The position numbers were made by a program, and so were the translations under genes. From positions 992,001-1,056,000 of the forward strand of contig CAWKDC010000001.1 in the NCBI GenBank assembly GCA_963848305.1: DNA of 64,000 nt. The letters are read 5' to 3'. The DNA comes from an uncultured Gammaproteobacteria bacterium (GTDB lineage: Bacteria > Pseudomonadota > Gammaproteobacteria > JABCZS01). Shown here one piece after another: positions 61,671-64,000 of the stretch. The notes beneath the pieces were generated by a model. That model was not told where the DNA came from, did no database searches, and worked only from the letters and a program-made list of their open reading frames with translations. Numbering within the stretch: the first letter of the stretch is position 1; every line of letters starts with the position of its first letter.

Positions 61671-62865
61671 TTGTCGGCGTCACGAACACCAGTAATTCGT
61701 TTTTATCGTCCTCCCGGTAACGGTCTTTGAAGAGATGACCAAGCAAGGGAATTTTGCTGAGCACGGGAACATCTTGACGTTGGTTTAAATGTCGATTGGA
61801 ATAAATGCCGCCGAGAACAATGGTTTCACCATCATGCAGCCGCACTTGAGTGTGGATCGCCTGTGTGTCAATCGTGGGTTGCCCGTTCTCAGCGAGCTTG
61901 CCGATGACATCATGCTTCACGTGTAAATCTAAAATGATGTCGTGATTGGGCGTGATGTGTGGCGTGACACTCAATTCCAACACGGCTTCTTTGAAACGCA
62001 CACTGGTGGCGCCACTCGTTGCAGTTTCTTCATACGCCAATTCTTTCCCTTGTTTGATCGTCGCATTTTGTTGATCCGCGGTCAATATTTTGGGCATGGC
62101 CAACACTTCTGTTTGATTATTTTTTTCAGCCGCAGAAATATGTGAATCCAGAGAAATGCCCCCGCCGATTTTGGCGAGCGTGATCTGAAATTGCCCAAAA
62201 TCACCTGCCGGATTTCTTCCTTGAAATGCGATCTCATCTTTATCATGTTTTGCCGAAAAACTGACACCCAGTGATTTTGAAAAACCTTTCGATGCATTTA
62301 AAATTCTCGCTTGAATAAATATTTGCTTCACGGGAATGTCCAAGGTTTTGAGCAGCTCAGTTGCTTTTAATAAATGCGCGTCATCATCTGTGATCACCAG
62401 CGCATTGGTGCGCTCATCGACACGCACACTGCCCACATCCGACAACACCCCTTGTTTATCAAATATTTTTTGCAATGATATGGCACGACTGTATTTGAGT
62501 GAAAATACGTGCGTGGCGAGGCCTGCATGATCTGTCGATGCTTTCCCGACCCATAAATACCCATTTCGTTTTACCGCGCTCAACTGAAATGTATCACACA
62601 ATGCAAGCAATATCTGATTGGCAGATACACGGTTGAGGTGCAACGTCACTGGTTCCGTGAATTCTCCTTGCACAATGATATTTTCCCCCACTGCTTTCGC
62701 AACACGTTCCAATACCACTGCCATGGGCGCATCTTGCGCATGCAATGTTAAATAAGGTTTATCATAAGAAACCACCACTTGATTGTCTTCGAAGGGATCT
62801 GGCCCTGTGTCTGCGAAACACAACCATGTCAACCCCCATAATATCATGCACAAAATATATTTCAT
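61657..62865 (-). CDS. pilQ: Type IV pilus/competence secretin (short PilQ/HofQ/ComE type)
   Basis: VDERTNAL, LDIPVKQI.IQARI, ATSVRFKEAVL.L.VTP.ITP, GETIVLGGI, VPVLSKIP. Confidence 0.9.
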   Translation of the reverse strand: MKYILCMILWGLTWLCFADTGPDPFEDNQVVVSYDKPYLTLHAQDAPMAVVLERVAKAVGENIIVQGEFTEPVTLHLNRVSANQILLALCDTFQLSAVKRNGYLWVGKASTDHAGLATHVFSLKYSRAISLQKIFDKQGVLSDVGSVRVDERTNALVITDDDAHLLKATELLKTLDIPVKQIFIQARILNASKGFSKSLGVSFSAKHDKDEIAFQGRNPAGDFGQFQITLAKIGGGISLDSHISAAEKNNQTEVLAMPKILTADQQNATIKQGKELAYEETATSGATSVRFKEAVLELSVTPHITPNHDIILDLHVKHDVIGKLAENGQPTIDTQAIHTQVRLHDGETIVLGGIYSNRHLNQRQDVPVLSKIPLLGHLFKDRYREDDKNELLVFVTPTIIEE

Positions 62866-63251
62866 TGTTCATTCTCTGGATGAAAACGGATCGTGGCAGA
62901 TATGCCCAACACATGTTTTTTAAGCTGCACTGAGTTGAGCTGTTGCTGGTTAGGCACGCTGTGCAACAGACAATCATACACGTACGCAAACGATCCAGAT
63001 AACACCCATATTGGCTGCGTTTTTTCCCACGCACATGCTATGTTGTTCTTTTGTATTGTCGTTTGATCAGGCATTGTTTGTGCCCTTAATGTGCCGAGCG
63101 AATGGGTTAATGCGCTGATTTCCTGCTGTCTCGGGTTAATGATCAGATGATATTGCAAGCTGATCAGCACCACCGCGAATAACACCCCATATGCACACAA
63201 ACGCAGTGGATTGTCTCGCCACAACGCATCAAACCTTTCATGGTTTTTCAT
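62862..63251 (-). CDS. Hypothetical protein, PilO-like by position
   Basis: single N-terminal TM plus coiled coil, upstream of pilQ. Confidence 0.5.
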   Translation of the reverse strand: MKNHERFDALWRDNPLRLCAYGVLFAVVLISLQYHLIINPRQQEISALTHSLGTLRAQTMPDQTTIQKNNIACAWEKTQPIWVLSGSFAYVYDCLLHSVPNQQQLNSVQLKKHVLGISATIRFHPENEQ

Positions 63252-63699
63252 GCAATAATACCTCGAAATTTAATTCACGACCTGATCGTGTTTCTGATGT
63301 ATGCATCTCCACTGAAAACGCTTCTGAAACATGTGACAACCATTTATCCAATGATGCTGCCGTGCGTGCTCGTCCACGCACATGCATTCCTGTTTCATCC
63401 AATGATAAAACGCTGAATGAAATGCCTGGCAATGGCACGGAAAATAAATGCGTGAGCTGATTTTTAACAGTTTCCATGGTTTGATTATCCTTTTTGTTGA
63501 TGTTGTTGTGACTCGCTAATGAGCCTGTTTTTAATTGCTGAATTTGATGGTTCAACAATAAAGCTTGTGCATCGAGCGTGTTTTTGAATACCACACCCCA
63601 TACGGTACATACGGCAACCACGCTGATATACAAGATGAACGCGATATGCTGATGCCGACGAAAAACACGTGCGTGATCAACCCGTAAATTCATGCTCAC
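63238..63699 (-). CDS. PilN-like protein
   Basis: MNL start, TM, LPGISF..L....GRA pattern, operon position. Confidence 0.55.
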   Translation of the reverse strand: MSMNLRVDHARVFRRHQHIAFILYISVVAVCTVWGVVFKNTLDAQALLLNHQIQQLKTGSLASHNNINKKDNQTMETVKNQLTHLFSVPLPGISFSVLSLDETGMHVRGRARTAASLDKWLSHVSEAFSVEMHTSETRSGRELNFEVLLHEKP

Positions 63700-64000
63700 C
63701 TTCCCGCATCCGCTTAAAAATTCGCCCTACCACATGGTTTGCCGATGGCAATGTGATGCAATGGCCATGATGCGGCTGAAACAAGGCGGTGATAGAACCC
63801 TCCAGGCTATATAAAGGTGCCGCGGCCAAAACGGGCATGGTTTGTACCACACGAGACCACAATGCCCGGGCACTGTCTGAGGTTGGGAGCCCACTGTCTG
63901 CATGGCGTAGCAACCCATACTGGTAGGCACACAATTCAAGGCGCCCGAGCCATCGATAAGCGAGTAAGGAAAATGGCAGGGTTTGTTTGGGTAAAAAACG
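63677..64000 (-). CDS. 3' part of a gene, PilM-like by position only
   Basis: frame open to window end, overlaps start of the PilN-like gene. Confidence 0.35.
   Translation of the reverse strand, partial: RFLPKQTLPFSLLAYRWLGRLELCAYQYGLLRHADSGLPTSDSARALWSRVVQTMPVLAAAPLYSLEGSITALFQPHHGHCITLPSANHVVGRIFKRMREGEHEFTG

Noticed and set aside
1-64000. tRNA, rRNA, integrase or transposase genes
   Set aside because: None recognised by eye; a tRNAscan/Infernal run would be needed to exclude them fully.

Overview
64 kb of gammaproteobacterial chromosome. A Legionellales/Coxiellales-like lineage is inferred from effector-like orphans, a LetA-box-like site and a histone-like protein. The backbone is mostly housekeeping: cysC, xth, pyrE, folA-thyA-lgt, mutH, PiT, coq7, ispG, rdgB-hemW, pyrB-ruvX-yqgE, LPS core genes, groESL, metK, a type II secretion cluster (gspC-M without gspH), hslO, dsbB, fdxA, priA, hemE, aroK and a reduced pilM-Q-like operon. 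Small accessory units are inserted in it. (1) A GIY-YIG nuclease gene bracketed by mirror-image arrays of three REP-like repeats, with related nuclease-free copies 10 kb away. (2) A ~150-nt multi-hairpin candidate ncRNA under a twin-operator promoter, directly upstream of a toxin-less HigA-like HTH gene. (3) An AlbA_2/RecG-C gene flanked by in-register 70-bp direct repeats. (4) An AAA-ATPase/nuclease gene with three phased operators. (5) Two type II toxin-antitoxin pairs. (6) A CsrA-binding Rsm-type sRNA candidate. Nine genes are frameshifted, including groEL, priA and hemE. Six of the breaks fall where Gly-Pro (GGGCCC-like) is expected, which suggests methylation-linked sequencing errors rather than pseudogenes. 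All calls are by eye from motifs and synteny; no searches were run.
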